From Patescibacteria group bacterium (GTDB lineage: Bacteria; Patescibacteriota; Microgenomatia; Levybacterales; UBA12049), in contig JBBTXS010000004.1 in the NCBI GenBank assembly GCA_038062115.1, positions 69,009 to 133,008 on the forward strand: a DNA stretch of 64,000 nt, given 5' to 3'. The notes below the pieces were generated by a model that did no database searches, was not told the origin of the DNA, and was given only the letters and a program-made list of their open reading frames with translations. The translations under genes and the position numbers were made by a program. Below, piece after piece: positions 1 through 10,293 of this stretch. The first letter of the stretch is position 1; every line of letters starts with the position of its first letter.

Positions 1-171
1 TTTACCTAGCGTGCTAATTCCGCAGGCTACATCAAGTACCTTTTTGCCAGGATAAAATGAAATTGCAAGTTTAGATTTAACAATTTTTACCCACTCTTTG
101 TTTATGCGAGCTGTCGAGTCATCAATGTAAGATTTGGAATAATATTGCTGGTATGGATTTTTTGTGTTCAA
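1..171 (-). CDS. class I SAM-dependent methyltransferase, 5' part only (gene runs off window edge)
   Basis: Reverse-complement translation from TTG at 171-169 reads LNTKNPYQQYYSKSYIDDSTARINKEWVKIVKSKLAISFYPGKKVLDVACGISTLGK. VLDVACG matches SAM-binding motif I. It is absent from the ORF track because it is truncated. Confidence 0.5.
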   Translation of the reverse strand, partial: MNTKNPYQQYYSKSYIDDSTARINKEWVKIVKSKLAISFYPGKKVLDVACGISTLGK

Positions 172-271
172 GTGTTAAAAGCATACCATATCATTGATTG
201 TGCGTAAAGAAGTTCTCAAGCAAATTGCCTTTTATGCCGGCAAATGATAAACTAATTCCTACATTCATTAA

Positions 272-673
272 ATGGAATTATTAATTTCTTTCTACGACAA
301 CGCCCTAATTTATTATTCAAATATTTTTTTTGCCACATTATTCCTGATTGGAATCTTAGGAATTTTCTTAACAATGAAAGGAATAGTTTACTTAAATAGA
401 GAATTTAGGAAAATTTTCAGCGACATAAAAAACGGCATTAGCAAAATAAGAATTAACCAAATAGGAATAAAAAAAATAAAAATAGATAAAAATCTCTCTT
501 CAGCTAATGTTATAAAACAGTTCCTTATAGAAAAGTTTATTAAAAGTTTTAAAGATGTACTTAAAATCATAAAGATTATCTTTATTAGGATAAATGCTGG
601 GTTTGAGTATTTACAATTGAAGGTAGAAAAAATATTTAAAAAGATAGGAAAAGAAATTTTTATTGAGGAATAA
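272..673 (+). CDS. hypothetical small membrane protein
   Basis: 133-aa ORF with ATG start and one hydrophobic helix (IFFATLFLIGILGIFLTM) followed by a Lys/Ile-rich tail. No recognisable motif. Confidence 0.35.
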   Translation: MELLISFYDNALIYYSNIFFATLFLIGILGIFLTMKGIVYLNREFRKIFSDIKNGISKIRINQIGIKKIKIDKNLSSANVIKQFLIEKFIKSFKDVLKIIKIIFIRINAGFEYLQLKVEKIFKKIGKEIFIEE

Positions 674-678
674 TTTTT

Positions 679-1206
679 ATGATAAAAAAAGTTTTTATAG
701 TCATTATTATATTTTTTTTGCTGACCCCAAACTATGGCTTTGCAAAAACAGATTATACTCTTGCCTGGCCAGGTATTCTTCCAGACAATCCGCTTTATAA
801 ATTGAAAGTTTTAAGGAATAAGATTATTGGAAAAATAATTATAGATCCTGTTAAAAAAGTTGAATTTGATTTACTTATGGCAGATAAGACAATTTATGCC
901 AGTAAGTTATTGGTAGATAAAGGAGAAATTGTTTTGGCTAAAGATACTGCCTTAAAAGGCGAGAATTATTACAGCATTATTGTGCAGGATTATAATGGAG
1001 CTTTGTTGAAGGGTAAGAAAATACCATCCTCACTTGATCAAAAAATAACTTTGGCCGCAATAAAGCATCAAGAGATCTTTAAAAAGTTGGAGAGTGTGGT
1101 TTATGGGGAAGACAAAAAAACTTTTCGGATTGTAGATAATTTTTCTAAAATTAACTATCAATTTATTGTAGGATTAAGGATTCCTAAAAAAGAAAATGGA
1201 AAGTAA
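679..1206 (+). CDS. secreted or membrane-anchored hypothetical protein, DUF5667-like
   Basis: N-terminal signal/anchor VFIVIIIFFLLTPNYGFA. PGILPDNPLYKLK followed by a helical region resembles the DUF5667 N-terminus. GAGGA lies about 10 nt upstream of the ATG. Confidence 0.45.
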   Translation: MIKKVFIVIIIFFLLTPNYGFAKTDYTLAWPGILPDNPLYKLKVLRNKIIGKIIIDPVKKVEFDLLMADKTIYASKLLVDKGEIVLAKDTALKGENYYSIIVQDYNGALLKGKKIPSSLDQKITLAAIKHQEIFKKLESVVYGEDKKTFRIVDNFSKINYQFIVGLRIPKKENGK

Positions 1207-2467
1207 ATTTAAAAAAAGCAATATCATCAACAAAAATTCCTCTATTTTTATTGTATCATTTTCCCTTTATAAAAAGGGGAAACGATTACCCAAAAACGGG
1301 ATGATCGAGCCAATGATTTCATTTTTTGCGCCTAAGGTTAAAACGCTATTGTTAGTGGACCAGCCACATCCGCTCAGCGACACAATTAACCCGCTGATCG
1401 AGAAATACCAGAATGCCAAGCAGATTAAAAAATATTCCTTATCAGCATTTTTGTATTTTCCTATTTACCTTTATTGTTTGATGGAAAGAAAAGGGTTAAC
1501 GCGCATATCTTATAAGCTGAGAGATTTTTTCTCCGTAATCTTTATGGCTCTAACACAAAAAGGGAACTATGATTTGTTTATTGGGCTGGAAGCAATTAAT
1601 GCGCTTGCGGGTATAATTTTGAGGAAATTAGGTAAAGTTGAGATAGTTGTATATTATGTCTCTGATTATTCTCCTAATAGATTTAGCAAATTTGGGAAAA
1701 AACTATTTAATACATTATATTTGTGGCTTGATAGATTTTGTGTTTTACATGCAGATTTTACCTGGGATGTCTCTTCAGCAATGCAAGAAGGTAGGTTGAA
1801 AAATGGACTTAATTCTGAAAAGAAATATCGTGTGATTCATGTTCACAATGGATTATTCCCTTCACAAATTAGGTCTCTTCCAATATCTAAACGAACTCCC
1901 AATAGTCTTGTATATTTAGGAACTTTAGAACCGGATTTTGGTGTTGAATTAGCTATTAAAGCACTTAAAGAAGTAAAAAGGAAAAACCCAAAATCTATGC
2001 TATGGATTATCGGGGGAGGGAAAGAACTTCTAATTTTAAAAAGGTTAGTACAAAAGTTAAAGCTTGAGAAGTCAGTCATTTTTTATGGTTTTGTAGAAGA
2101 TAATAATGAAGTGGCAAGAATTGTTAGAACTTCTTATATCAGTCTTGCGCCATATAGAGCCTTTCCTGAGTCTCTTCGGTGGTATGGAGATGCAGGAAAA
2201 ATACGCCAGTATCTGGCCGCTGGTTTGCCAGTCGTAACAACTCAAGTTCCGCCGCTTGGTAGGCATATTGTAGAAAAAGGTGCTGGAATAATGACAAAAG
2301 ATACAGTAGAAAGTTTTTCTAATGGAATAATGCAATTATTGTCAAATCATACATTGTACGCTAAGCTTACAAATGCTGCAGAAAGAATAAGCAGAGATAA
2401 TACATGGGAAAATGTCTATACAAAAGCGTTTAATGATATGGAGGCAATAGATAATAGTCGGTTGTAG
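1196..2467 (+). CDS. glycosyltransferase, GT4/GT-B fold
   Basis: 423 aa. The C-terminal domain has the typical GT4 segment GDAGKIRQYLAAGLPVVTT and the LVYLGTLEP..G linker motif. Confidence 0.7.
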   Translation: MESKFKKSNIINKNSSIFIVSFSLYKKGKRLPKNGMIEPMISFFAPKVKTLLLVDQPHPLSDTINPLIEKYQNAKQIKKYSLSAFLYFPIYLYCLMERKGLTRISYKLRDFFSVIFMALTQKGNYDLFIGLEAINALAGIILRKLGKVEIVVYYVSDYSPNRFSKFGKKLFNTLYLWLDRFCVLHADFTWDVSSAMQEGRLKNGLNSEKKYRVIHVHNGLFPSQIRSLPISKRTPNSLVYLGTLEPDFGVELAIKALKEVKRKNPKSMLWIIGGGKELLILKRLVQKLKLEKSVIFYGFVEDNNEVARIVRTSYISLAPYRAFPESLRWYGDAGKIRQYLAAGLPVVTTQVPPLGRHIVEKGAGIMTKDTVESFSNGIMQLLSNHTLYAKLTNAAERISRDNTWENVYTKAFNDMEAIDNSRL

Positions 2468-2517
2468 TATTTATTTCTTGCCTGCAATTGTATATACTTA
2501 AGTCTACATAACAGCAT

Positions 2518-3483
2518 ATGGATTTCCTTCAATATTATAAAAATAAAAAAATTGTTGTACCCGGCGGAAACGGATTTGTTGGTAGTCATATAGTTGAGAT
2601 ATTGAAAAAAATTCCATGCGAAATATTTATTCCTAAAACATTGGAAGGAATTGATTTTCGAAAATACGAAGATTGTTTTTCCTATTTGGATAGTAAAAAA
2701 CCACAGATAGTTATTAATTGCGCAGCAATTCAGGGAGGAATTGCGTACCACAACGGTAAACAGGCTGATCTTTTTATCGACAACATGTTTATTGGAACTT
2801 TTCTTATGAAAGCTTCTCAAAAAGCAGGCGTTGATAAATTTATTAATGTGGTTGCGGGATGTTCATATCCGGGTTATTTGGAAATTTCGGAAATGAACGA
2901 GGAGGATTACTGGAGCGGAAAACTGCATGACAGTATTTTTAGTTATGGATTTGCGCGAAAAGCATCAACCGTATACGGTCTTGCGCTTAAAAAACAATAT
3001 AATTTTAATTCAATTCATTTAATTATGGCTAATATGTATGGTCCGGGTGAGCATTTTAATCCTGAGCAAAGCAAAGCACTTGCAGGATTGATAAAAAAGA
3101 TTTACGAGGCGAAGGAAAATAAGATTTTGGAGGCTGAAGTGTGGGGTACAGGTAAGCCAATAAGAGATTGGCTGTACGTTAAGGACGGAGCAGAGGGAAT
3201 TTTACGCGCAGGAGCTGTCTATAATGATATTGAGCCGATGAACATAGCAACAGGTGTTGGTATATCGGTAAAAAAATTGGCGGAAACAATAAAAGAGATA
3301 GTAGGATACACGGGAAATTTAACATATAACACTTCTAAGCCTGATGGAGCGCTTCGTAAAACTTTTGGAATTCATACAATGAAGAAGGAATTAAAGTGGA
3401 TACCTAAGACATCAATAGAAAAGGGCATTAAGGAAACTGTTGAATGGTTTTCGAAAAACTATAAAAAGGCAATTGTATATTAA
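2518..3483 (+). CDS. fcl: GDP-L-fucose synthase-like NAD(P)-dependent epimerase/reductase
   Basis: Collinear with Fcl: GGNGFVGS Rossmann motif, NCAAIQGGI, MYGPGEHFNPEQSKALAGLIKK, VWGTGKPIRDWLYVKD, SKPDGALRK. Confidence 0.65.
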   Translation: MDFLQYYKNKKIVVPGGNGFVGSHIVEILKKIPCEIFIPKTLEGIDFRKYEDCFSYLDSKKPQIVINCAAIQGGIAYHNGKQADLFIDNMFIGTFLMKASQKAGVDKFINVVAGCSYPGYLEISEMNEEDYWSGKLHDSIFSYGFARKASTVYGLALKKQYNFNSIHLIMANMYGPGEHFNPEQSKALAGLIKKIYEAKENKILEAEVWGTGKPIRDWLYVKDGAEGILRAGAVYNDIEPMNIATGVGISVKKLAETIKEIVGYTGNLTYNTSKPDGALRKTFGIHTMKKELKWIPKTSIEKGIKETVEWFSKNYKKAIVY

Positions 3484-3488
3484 CTTAT

Positions 3489-4256
3489 TTGAAAACACTT
3501 GTTGTTATTGGCGGAAATGGAATGTTAGGGTCGGATTTGGTCAGACACCTCTCAGCTACATTTCGTGTTACCGCTATCGATAGAAAAAATTACAGCACAT
3601 ATATTGGTAGTTCTTTTGATGTCCTCATTAATGCCAATGGCAATAGCAAACGTTTTTGGGCAAATACAAATATATTTGATGATTTTACTGCGTCTACAGT
3701 GTCTGTATACAAAAGCATATTTGATTTTAAATTTTCTACTTATGTATATATATCCTCAAGCGATGTATACGCGAATCATTCAGGTAGTCAATTTACTTCT
3801 GAAAATCAAGCGCAAGATTCAAGTAAATTATCAGCATATGGATTCCATAAATATCTAAGCGAAAGGATCGTAGAAAATAACTGCAGAAATTATATAATTT
3901 TAAGATCGTCTTTAATACTAGGAAGCAATCTAAAAAAAGGACCCTTATACGATATTCTTAATAGGAAACCTTTTTATATATCTGATTCTTCTCGTTTACA
4001 ACTGATTACTACAAAAGAAATATCTCGTATAATCAGTTTTTTGTTAAATAAAAAAATTACAAAAGAGATATTTAATATGGGAGGAAAAGGCATTGTTGAT
4101 TTTAAAAAAATACAAAAGTATTTTTCTGTTCCTGTCACATTTTCCAAAGATACAGAAATACAGATTTATGAAACTAACGTCTCAAAGCTTAATAATATAT
4201 TTCCTCTAAAAACTTCAGAACTTTATTTACAAGAATTTTTGAAAACTCTACAATAA
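3489..4256 (+). CDS. short-chain NAD-dependent epimerase/reductase (RmlD-like)
   Basis: A TTG start is needed to include the Rossmann motif VVIGGNGMLGS. SSSDVY and YGFHKY (YxxxK) are catalytic-type motifs. Confidence 0.55.
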   Translation: MKTLVVIGGNGMLGSDLVRHLSATFRVTAIDRKNYSTYIGSSFDVLINANGNSKRFWANTNIFDDFTASTVSVYKSIFDFKFSTYVYISSSDVYANHSGSQFTSENQAQDSSKLSAYGFHKYLSERIVENNCRNYIILRSSLILGSNLKKGPLYDILNRKPFYISDSSRLQLITTKEISRIISFLLNKKITKEIFNMGGKGIVDFKKIQKYFSVPVTFSKDTEIQIYETNVSKLNNIFPLKTSELYLQEFLKTLQ

Positions 4257-4265
4257 AATTTTAAT

Positions 4266-5141
4266 ATGGCAGACAAAGCGTTTGATTACGAAGAAATGTT
4301 TATGGGAGTTAGGAAAGAAAAGCCCAAAACATATTTTCGCTCTTTCAAGCAAGATTATAGACTAAGATCGTTAGTAAGGACAATTAAATTAAATAAGGGT
4401 AAATTGTTAGATATAGGCTGTGGGGGTGGAATGCTGACAGAAAGTCTTCCATATTATTTCCCAAAAGCCAGTATATTTGGTTGTGATATTAGCAAGAGTG
4501 CGATAAAATATGCCGCAAAGTTTGGAAGCGGAAAAGTAAAGTATAATCAAATACAGAATAATCGTTTTCCCTACAAAAATAATTTTTTCGATGTATGTAT
4601 TTGCTTGGATGTTTTTGAGCATATTCCTGATGCAGATTTTTTTCTAAGTGAAGTAAAAAGGGTGCTTAAAAAAAGCGGCAGTTTTTTCTTGATAGTTCCG
4701 TGTGAGGGTGAAAGATTTACTTATACTTGGTTTTTTCAAAAAACTCATTTAGGAGAAGACCTTACCTTTCGTTATCTTGGTCATATTCATCCTGAGTTTA
4801 CTCACAAAAGGGTTATCGCTCTTTTGCAAAAATACGGATTTTCAATTCAGGAAAAAGCATATAGCGAGCATATATTTTATCAGCTTATACAATTTATTGT
4901 TTTGTTCCTGCCTAAAATATTGTTAGAGATTTTCTTAGGGAAGAATAAGGCAAATGAATATACGAATAGCAGCTTGGTCAAAGCTCCAAAAAATAATAAT
5001 GATTATCTTTTGAAAGTGCGAAATCTTTGGTATAAAGTATGGGATTTTATGATGTTTTATCCCATGAACTGGGAAACGTTATTGTTAAGAAGAGTTCCTG
5101 TAACAGCATGGAAGCTACATGTTTTAAGTGAAAAAAAATAA
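4266..5141 (+). CDS. class I SAM-dependent methyltransferase
   Basis: LLDIGCGGG motif I, FDVCICLDVFEHI motif, LKKSGSFFLIVP. Confidence 0.8.
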   Translation: MADKAFDYEEMFMGVRKEKPKTYFRSFKQDYRLRSLVRTIKLNKGKLLDIGCGGGMLTESLPYYFPKASIFGCDISKSAIKYAAKFGSGKVKYNQIQNNRFPYKNNFFDVCICLDVFEHIPDADFFLSEVKRVLKKSGSFFLIVPCEGERFTYTWFFQKTHLGEDLTFRYLGHIHPEFTHKRVIALLQKYGFSIQEKAYSEHIFYQLIQFIVLFLPKILLEIFLGKNKANEYTNSSLVKAPKNNNDYLLKVRNLWYKVWDFMMFYPMNWETLLLRRVPVTAWKLHVLSEKK

Positions 5142-5164
5142 ATTCATAAATCAAATATAAAACT

Positions 5165-6130
5165 ATGAAAAAGAAATCTAAAGATAAAAATATTCTGATT
5201 ACTGGTGGTAGCGGTTTTATTGGATCTAATTTTTTAAGTTATGCTTTAGGACAAGACAATAGCAATAGCAAGAATGATTTAAACTTAAAAAAATTACAAT
5301 ACAGAATAATAGCTCCCAGTCATGGAGAATTAGACATTCTTAATATAAATCAACTAAGGAATATGTTTAAAGATCTCTCTCCGGAAATTGTAATCAATTT
5401 TGCAGCGCATAGGGATGCAAATTCCGCTGAGCTTCAAAGAGGTAATATAAATGGACCAGTTTGGAAAACTAATGTTAAAGGAGTTGGGAATATATCCAAA
5501 GTTTGCCAGGAATATGGTAGTTTTTTTATTCATATTTCGACAGATATGGTTTTTTCTGGTAATCGTGATAATCATGGTCCTTATGATGAAAAAACTAAGC
5601 CAGAGATGAGATTGGAAAATCTTTCATGGTACGGATGGACAAAAGCTGAAGGAGAACGTGTTCTCGCAAGTAATAAAAAAACTGCAATAATTAGGGTCGG
5701 AAACGTAACCAACATTCTTTATGATCCTAAGCTTGATTATGTAGGAAAAATATTGTTTTTATTTGACCACGGTAAACTGTATCCGTTATTCAATAATCAG
5801 TATCTCACGTTAACGTATATCCCTTCAATATTCGAAGTTATAGAAGTACTTATTGAGAGCAAAATAGATGGTATATTTCATGTAGCCAGCAAAAACGTCT
5901 TTACCCCTTATGGGCTGGGTGAATATTTGATTAAAAAAATACGAAATAAGACAGGTGTGATAAGAAGTATAAGTATAAATGACTATCTTAAAAAATCGCC
6001 TAATAGGTATCCCAAATATGGGGGTCTTTTGGCAGAAAAAACTGGGCAGCAATTACAAGTAAAATTATTTGATTGGGAGCAAATTGTTGATTTTTATGTA
6101 GATAAAATGGAATCATCTTTTCACGAGTGA
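5165..6130 (+). CDS. NAD(P)-dependent sugar-nucleotide reductase, dTDP-4-dehydrorhamnose reductase (RmlD)-like
   Basis: ILITGGSGFIGSN, INFAAHRD, HISTDMVFSG, WYGWTKAEGE (YxxxK). Confidence 0.6.
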   Translation: MKKKSKDKNILITGGSGFIGSNFLSYALGQDNSNSKNDLNLKKLQYRIIAPSHGELDILNINQLRNMFKDLSPEIVINFAAHRDANSAELQRGNINGPVWKTNVKGVGNISKVCQEYGSFFIHISTDMVFSGNRDNHGPYDEKTKPEMRLENLSWYGWTKAEGERVLASNKKTAIIRVGNVTNILYDPKLDYVGKILFLFDHGKLYPLFNNQYLTLTYIPSIFEVIEVLIESKIDGIFHVASKNVFTPYGLGEYLIKKIRNKTGVIRSISINDYLKKSPNRYPKYGGLLAEKTGQQLQVKLFDWEQIVDFYVDKMESSFHE

Positions 6131-6952
6131 ATAAAGAACTCCAAACACTCCAGCAATAGATTCAGCTGTTTTCATTATAATAAATAAAAAAGTGTCTTTT
6201 GGCCGCGATATGAATATTTTCCAATTCCTAATGTGCGATGCTCGAATGGGGAAATAGCCTTTTATACTTATTAGAGGTCTCTTGCGTATATATTTCAAAA
6301 CTTCCCTCTTATACATAAACTGTTTTTTTAATAAATGAATTAACGTCAACTTTCCTTCATTAGCCATTACTAAGCTCTTAATTCGTCCTACTTTATATCC
6401 TCTCTCAAGCGCCTTTTGATATAGATCCCGATCGTCTCCTCCCCCTGCTATATTTTCATCGTATCCTTTTAATGTATCCCATACTGTTTTTTTAAAAAAT
6501 CTTGGAGACTCAACTGTATCATCGTTCCAAAAAAATCTTCTTTCTAAATTTTTAGCACTTGCCCAAGGGCCTTCTCCAAATGAGTCTTCAGGAAGTATTA
6601 CTGCGTCAAATCCGTTATTGCATAATTCTATTGCTTCTTTGACAACGTTTCTGCTTAATTCCATATCTGCATCCATATGATAAATGAATTCACCCCTTGC
6701 TTTTGTAGCGGCATAATTCCTTTTTTTAGTAGCATCAAATAATCCCTTTTTTACATTTGGAATAAATATTAAAATCTTACAGCTATACTTTTTAGCAATT
6801 TCAATTGTCTTGTCCATGTCTTGAGACTTTCCATCTATAATTATAATTTCAATATCCTTATAGCTTTGAGATTTTATATGCGCCAAGCATTCATCAAGAT
6901 ATCTGGAGGAGTTTTTGGTTGGAATAATTATAGATACAAGCCCTTTTTTCAT
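6113..6952 (-). CDS. glycosyltransferase family 2
   Basis: VSIIIPTKNSSRYLDECL, IIDGKSQD, HMDADMEL (DxD-type). Overlaps the convergent 5165..6130 gene by 18 nt. Confidence 0.8.
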   Translation of the reverse strand: MKKGLVSIIIPTKNSSRYLDECLAHIKSQSYKDIEIIIIDGKSQDMDKTIEIAKKYSCKILIFIPNVKKGLFDATKKRNYAATKARGEFIYHMDADMELSRNVVKEAIELCNNGFDAVILPEDSFGEGPWASAKNLERRFFWNDDTVESPRFFKKTVWDTLKGYDENIAGGGDDRDLYQKALERGYKVGRIKSLVMANEGKLTLIHLLKKQFMYKREVLKYIRKRPLISIKGYFPIRASHIRNWKIFISRPKDTFLFIIMKTAESIAGVFGVLYSLVKR

Positions 6953-6954
6953 AT

Positions 6955-7788
6955 TTATTTTTTTTGACTAAGTATTGCTACACCGAGTCCATTTTTATTC
7001 TCTAAAAGAAAATCTAGTAATGTCAAAAGATAAAGAAAAGGGAAGATAATACCTGCAAGGACAAAGCTTTTTGAAAGAGTCAAATGGTTTAATTCCCATG
7101 ATAATTTTCCAAAGAAGCCAAAAGTGTCTTTAGATACAATTATTTTAAATCCTAATTTTTCAAGTGAATTCTCAAGGTCATGTCTCTCGATTCCTTCACG
7201 AATATGATCTTCGTGATGCCATTTCTTGAATGAGTTAAAGATACGTTTTTGATTTGGTTGGGGGGCATGAATATATAAATATCCACCGCTTTTTAAAAGA
7301 TGAGAAAAATTCTCAAGTACTGATTCATAACGATCTATATGCTCAAGCACATCAATACTTACAATAAAATCGTACGTTGTTCTCTTTTCTAACCTTGTTG
7401 CATCCATATAGATAAATTTAACATTCTTTAGCCCCAACTCTTTAGCCATTATTTGGCAGGATTTTAACTTATATTTATCTATATCTCCTCCTGTAACTTT
7501 TGCTTGAGGGTAAGTTTGCCCAAGTAAAAAAGTATATGCGCCAATTCCGCACCCTACATCAAGAATTTTTTTTAGATTTTTATTTAAAAGATTGGTAGCT
7601 AAAATTTTTTTAAAATACATACTGCGGATCTGGAATCCGCTTTCTGGTATTCCAAATAACATTATGTAGATTTTCTTAAAAAAAGAGATGCTTGAGTTAG
7701 CCTTTATTTTTTTTTGATAGTGGTTGTTAATTTCTCCGAATGACGCAATGAGAACATCAAGATGTTTCGCATATTCTTTCCCAAACAT
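6955..7788 (-). CDS. class I SAM-dependent methyltransferase with C-terminal membrane helices
   Basis: ILDVGCGIGAYT motif I, FIVSIDVLEHI, LKSGGYLYIH. Hydrophobic C-terminus. Confidence 0.8.
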   Translation of the reverse strand: MFGKEYAKHLDVLIASFGEINNHYQKKIKANSSISFFKKIYIMLFGIPESGFQIRSMYFKKILATNLLNKNLKKILDVGCGIGAYTFLLGQTYPQAKVTGGDIDKYKLKSCQIMAKELGLKNVKFIYMDATRLEKRTTYDFIVSIDVLEHIDRYESVLENFSHLLKSGGYLYIHAPQPNQKRIFNSFKKWHHEDHIREGIERHDLENSLEKLGFKIIVSKDTFGFFGKLSWELNHLTLSKSFVLAGIIFPFLYLLTLLDFLLENKNGLGVAILSQKK

Positions 7789-7789
7789 A

Positions 7790-8902
7790 TTAATGCTTTC
7801 TCCTTATTCTTTCGAGAATACTCAAGCTCTCTTTGGATGAACGATCCCAATTAAAGCCGTTTGTCCATAGTGTTGCATTTGCACTTAATCTTTCACGAAG
7901 GCTATTATTTTTCAAAATCTCACAAATTTTTTTAACAAAATCTTCTTCGTTTTGTGCAAGCAATCCCGTCTTTGTGTCCTGTATAGATTCTGTTAGTCCT
8001 GAAACATTAAACCCCACGGCTGGCGTGCCATATAGATTTGCCTCAATAACCGCTATGCTCCACCCTTCTCCTATTGATGGATTGACAAAAAGCCATGATT
8101 TGGAAAGTAATATTTTTTTATCTTTGTCGCTTACCGGACCGGCCAAGCTAATTTTTTTCCGTAACGGATTTTTCATTATTAAATCAGCGAGATTTGCCGC
8201 TTCTGTTCCCCATCCGGCAATAATCAAACGAGCTTTTGGTACTTTTTCAACTATCTTCTGAAACATGTTGACAAGCAAATCAACTCTTTTATATTTTTTA
8301 ATTCTTCCTAAATACAGAAGTGTAGGGTTTGAAAATTTCTTCATTGGAGTTTTTGATAATTGATTCAATTTACTCATTCCGCAATAAACAACAGTTATAT
8401 TATCTTTTTTAAAACCAATATCTATAAGTTGTTTTTTTGTAGTTTCTGATATAGCTATAATTGGTAAATGTCTATAGAGTAATGGAAAGATAAATTTTTC
8501 TATTGCAAATCCAATATGGCTCAGAGGGGCAGGGAATTCATAAAAGAATTGGTTGCCATGTATATGATAAACAAAGCTTATTTTGGGGGTTCTACAAAAT
8601 ATTGGAGTGAAGAATGGAATACCGTTTTCAACATCTATGACAACATCTGCTTTTCCTCTAAAGCGTGTAAGATAATACCATACTGCCCAAATGTAAAGAC
8701 TATATCTTCCTCCTTTTCTATATATTTTTATGCTATTTATTATTTCAAAAGACGGAAGATCTTTTTCTATATCTTGTCCACAGAAAACTGTAACTTCATG
8801 TCCCATTTTTACCCAGCGTACGGCTTGCTCAAAAACATAAATCTCGCCTCCACCAGCCCAACTATGCTTGAGATCTCTCCAGTTAAAGATAAGTATCCTC
8901 AT
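7790..8902 (-). CDS. glycosyltransferase family 4
   Basis: MRILIFNWRD..GGGE N-terminus, LLYLGRIKKYKR, PSIGEGWSIAVIEANLYGTPAVG (E-x7-E region). Confidence 0.85.
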   Translation of the reverse strand: MRILIFNWRDLKHSWAGGGEIYVFEQAVRWVKMGHEVTVFCGQDIEKDLPSFEIINSIKIYRKGGRYSLYIWAVWYYLTRFRGKADVVIDVENGIPFFTPIFCRTPKISFVYHIHGNQFFYEFPAPLSHIGFAIEKFIFPLLYRHLPIIAISETTKKQLIDIGFKKDNITVVYCGMSKLNQLSKTPMKKFSNPTLLYLGRIKKYKRVDLLVNMFQKIVEKVPKARLIIAGWGTEAANLADLIMKNPLRKKISLAGPVSDKDKKILLSKSWLFVNPSIGEGWSIAVIEANLYGTPAVGFNVSGLTESIQDTKTGLLAQNEEDFVKKICEILKNNSLRERLSANATLWTNGFNWDRSSKESLSILERIRRKH

Positions 8903-8931
8903 TTAATTTTAGAATATAACATTTTACCATA

Positions 8932-8959
8932 CTGACAGAATACTGTATATTATTAATAT
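8932..8959 (+). promoter_or_regulatory. candidate sigma70-type promoter, probably leaderless, for the 8966 operon
   Basis: CTGACA (8932-8937), 16-nt spacer, TAATAT (8954-8959). The ATG at 8966 is only 6 nt downstream and there is no SD. Confidence 0.25.
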
Positions 8960-8965
8960 ATCTAT

Positions 8966-10273
8966 ATGACAAAATTGCAAATATTTTTGGTAGTTTTTGT
9001 TCTTTTTATAGGGTTAGTTCTCAAACTGCATAATTACTCAATTTACCCTCAGCGAGGAGCAACTAGCGACGAATACTCCTATTCTTTTTTAGGAGTAAGT
9101 CTTTTGGCAAAACATGTTCCCATTTCATGGTCAGCAATTTCAGCATATAAACATAGGTCGGATTTAACTATTAAAAATTTGTATTTCCCAATAGTATATC
9201 CGTATTTTGACCACCCGCCTTTAAATGGATTAGTTGTTGGGGGTTGGGCTCTTCTTTTTGGGCAGGACACATTTTCAAAAATCGAATTAAAAACTATTCG
9301 GTTAGTCCCTATTTTTCTGTCAATGGTGTCATCTGTTATTGTTTTTATTTTAGGGTTTCGTCTATATAATTTTAAAACAGGCACATGGGCACTTTTGATT
9401 TATTCAACAACCGCAATTTTTGTTATGAATGGAAGAGTGGTGCTCGCTGAGAATTTATTAGCGCCCCTTTTGCTAGCATCAGTTTATCTATTTCATATTT
9501 TTAGAGCGAATATGAATTTAAAAAAAACAATAATTATAAGCATACTTTGTGGATTATCATTTTGGACAAAAGAATTGGGAATCGCTGTCTTGTTAAGTAT
9601 GATTTATCTTTTTATTGCGGAAAAAATTAAGATAAAATTTACATTAGGATTAATCGCAACTTCTTTGTTTTTCGTACTGCTTTACGCTCTCTATGGGGCG
9701 TATTATGATTGGGAAGTTTTTAAGGCTGTTGTGTCAATTCAATCAGACCGAGTGGTGGGGCCCGAAACACTATTATACGTAACATCCATTCCTATTATCA
9801 TCAATAAAATATATTATGACGGTTGGTATTTTCTAGGGTTTATTTCTTTTTTCCTAAGTTTTCTGGATTATAAGAAGCATAGGTTTATTCTCGTTCCCGC
9901 TTTTATATATTTTCTCCTAATGATTTTTTCTCTTACCGAAAGAGGAGAAATGGGATGGTATCTTATTCCTCTTTTTCCTTTTATGGCAATATTCACCGCA
10001 AATTTTCTGGTAGAGGGTTTAGAAAAGAAGAATTGGTCTATCTTTGCATTGCTAATATTTGTTGGACTATACGAAGTCCAATACTTATTTAAGAGTAATT
10101 TTGGTTTGACTTCTATGCAGTTTCGTATGATTCTTATCTTGATGTTTTGTCCTTTCCTTCTTGCCTACGCTTTTAAAAAAGAGCAGCTTTTCTCAAAATT
10201 AGGAAACGCAGCGTTTTATATACTTATTTTTGGCAATATTCTTCTAACCTATAATTACGTCCACCCGTCATAA
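8966..10273 (+). CDS. polytopic GT-C-type glycosyltransferase (ArnT/PMT family 39-like)
   Basis: 435 aa with about 11 predicted TM helices. The early loop GATSDEYSYSFLGVSLL and YFDHPPL are typical of the PMT_2/ArnT-like first periplasmic loop. Confidence 0.55.
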   Translation: MTKLQIFLVVFVLFIGLVLKLHNYSIYPQRGATSDEYSYSFLGVSLLAKHVPISWSAISAYKHRSDLTIKNLYFPIVYPYFDHPPLNGLVVGGWALLFGQDTFSKIELKTIRLVPIFLSMVSSVIVFILGFRLYNFKTGTWALLIYSTTAIFVMNGRVVLAENLLAPLLLASVYLFHIFRANMNLKKTIIISILCGLSFWTKELGIAVLLSMIYLFIAEKIKIKFTLGLIATSLFFVLLYALYGAYYDWEVFKAVVSIQSDRVVGPETLLYVTSIPIIINKIYYDGWYFLGFISFFLSFLDYKKHRFILVPAFIYFLLMIFSLTERGEMGWYLIPLFPFMAIFTANFLVEGLEKKNWSIFALLIFVGLYEVQYLFKSNFGLTSMQFRMILILMFCPFLLAYAFKKEQLFSKLGNAAFYILIFGNILLTYNYVHPS

Positions 10274-10293
10274 TGTGTTAAAATGCTTAGCAA

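Noticed and set aside
7833-8935. Track ORFs 7833..8261 (+) and 8516..8935 (+), 142 and 139 aa
   Set aside because: They lie antisense within the well-supported GT4 gene 7790..8902. They have no motifs and a low-complexity composition typical of shadow ORFs in AT-rich DNA. The same reasoning applies to the other short antisense ORFs in the track (for example 388..570, 1843..2335, 2416..2820, 9079..9384, 30931..31239, 32328..32708, 41842..42201, 60882..61241).
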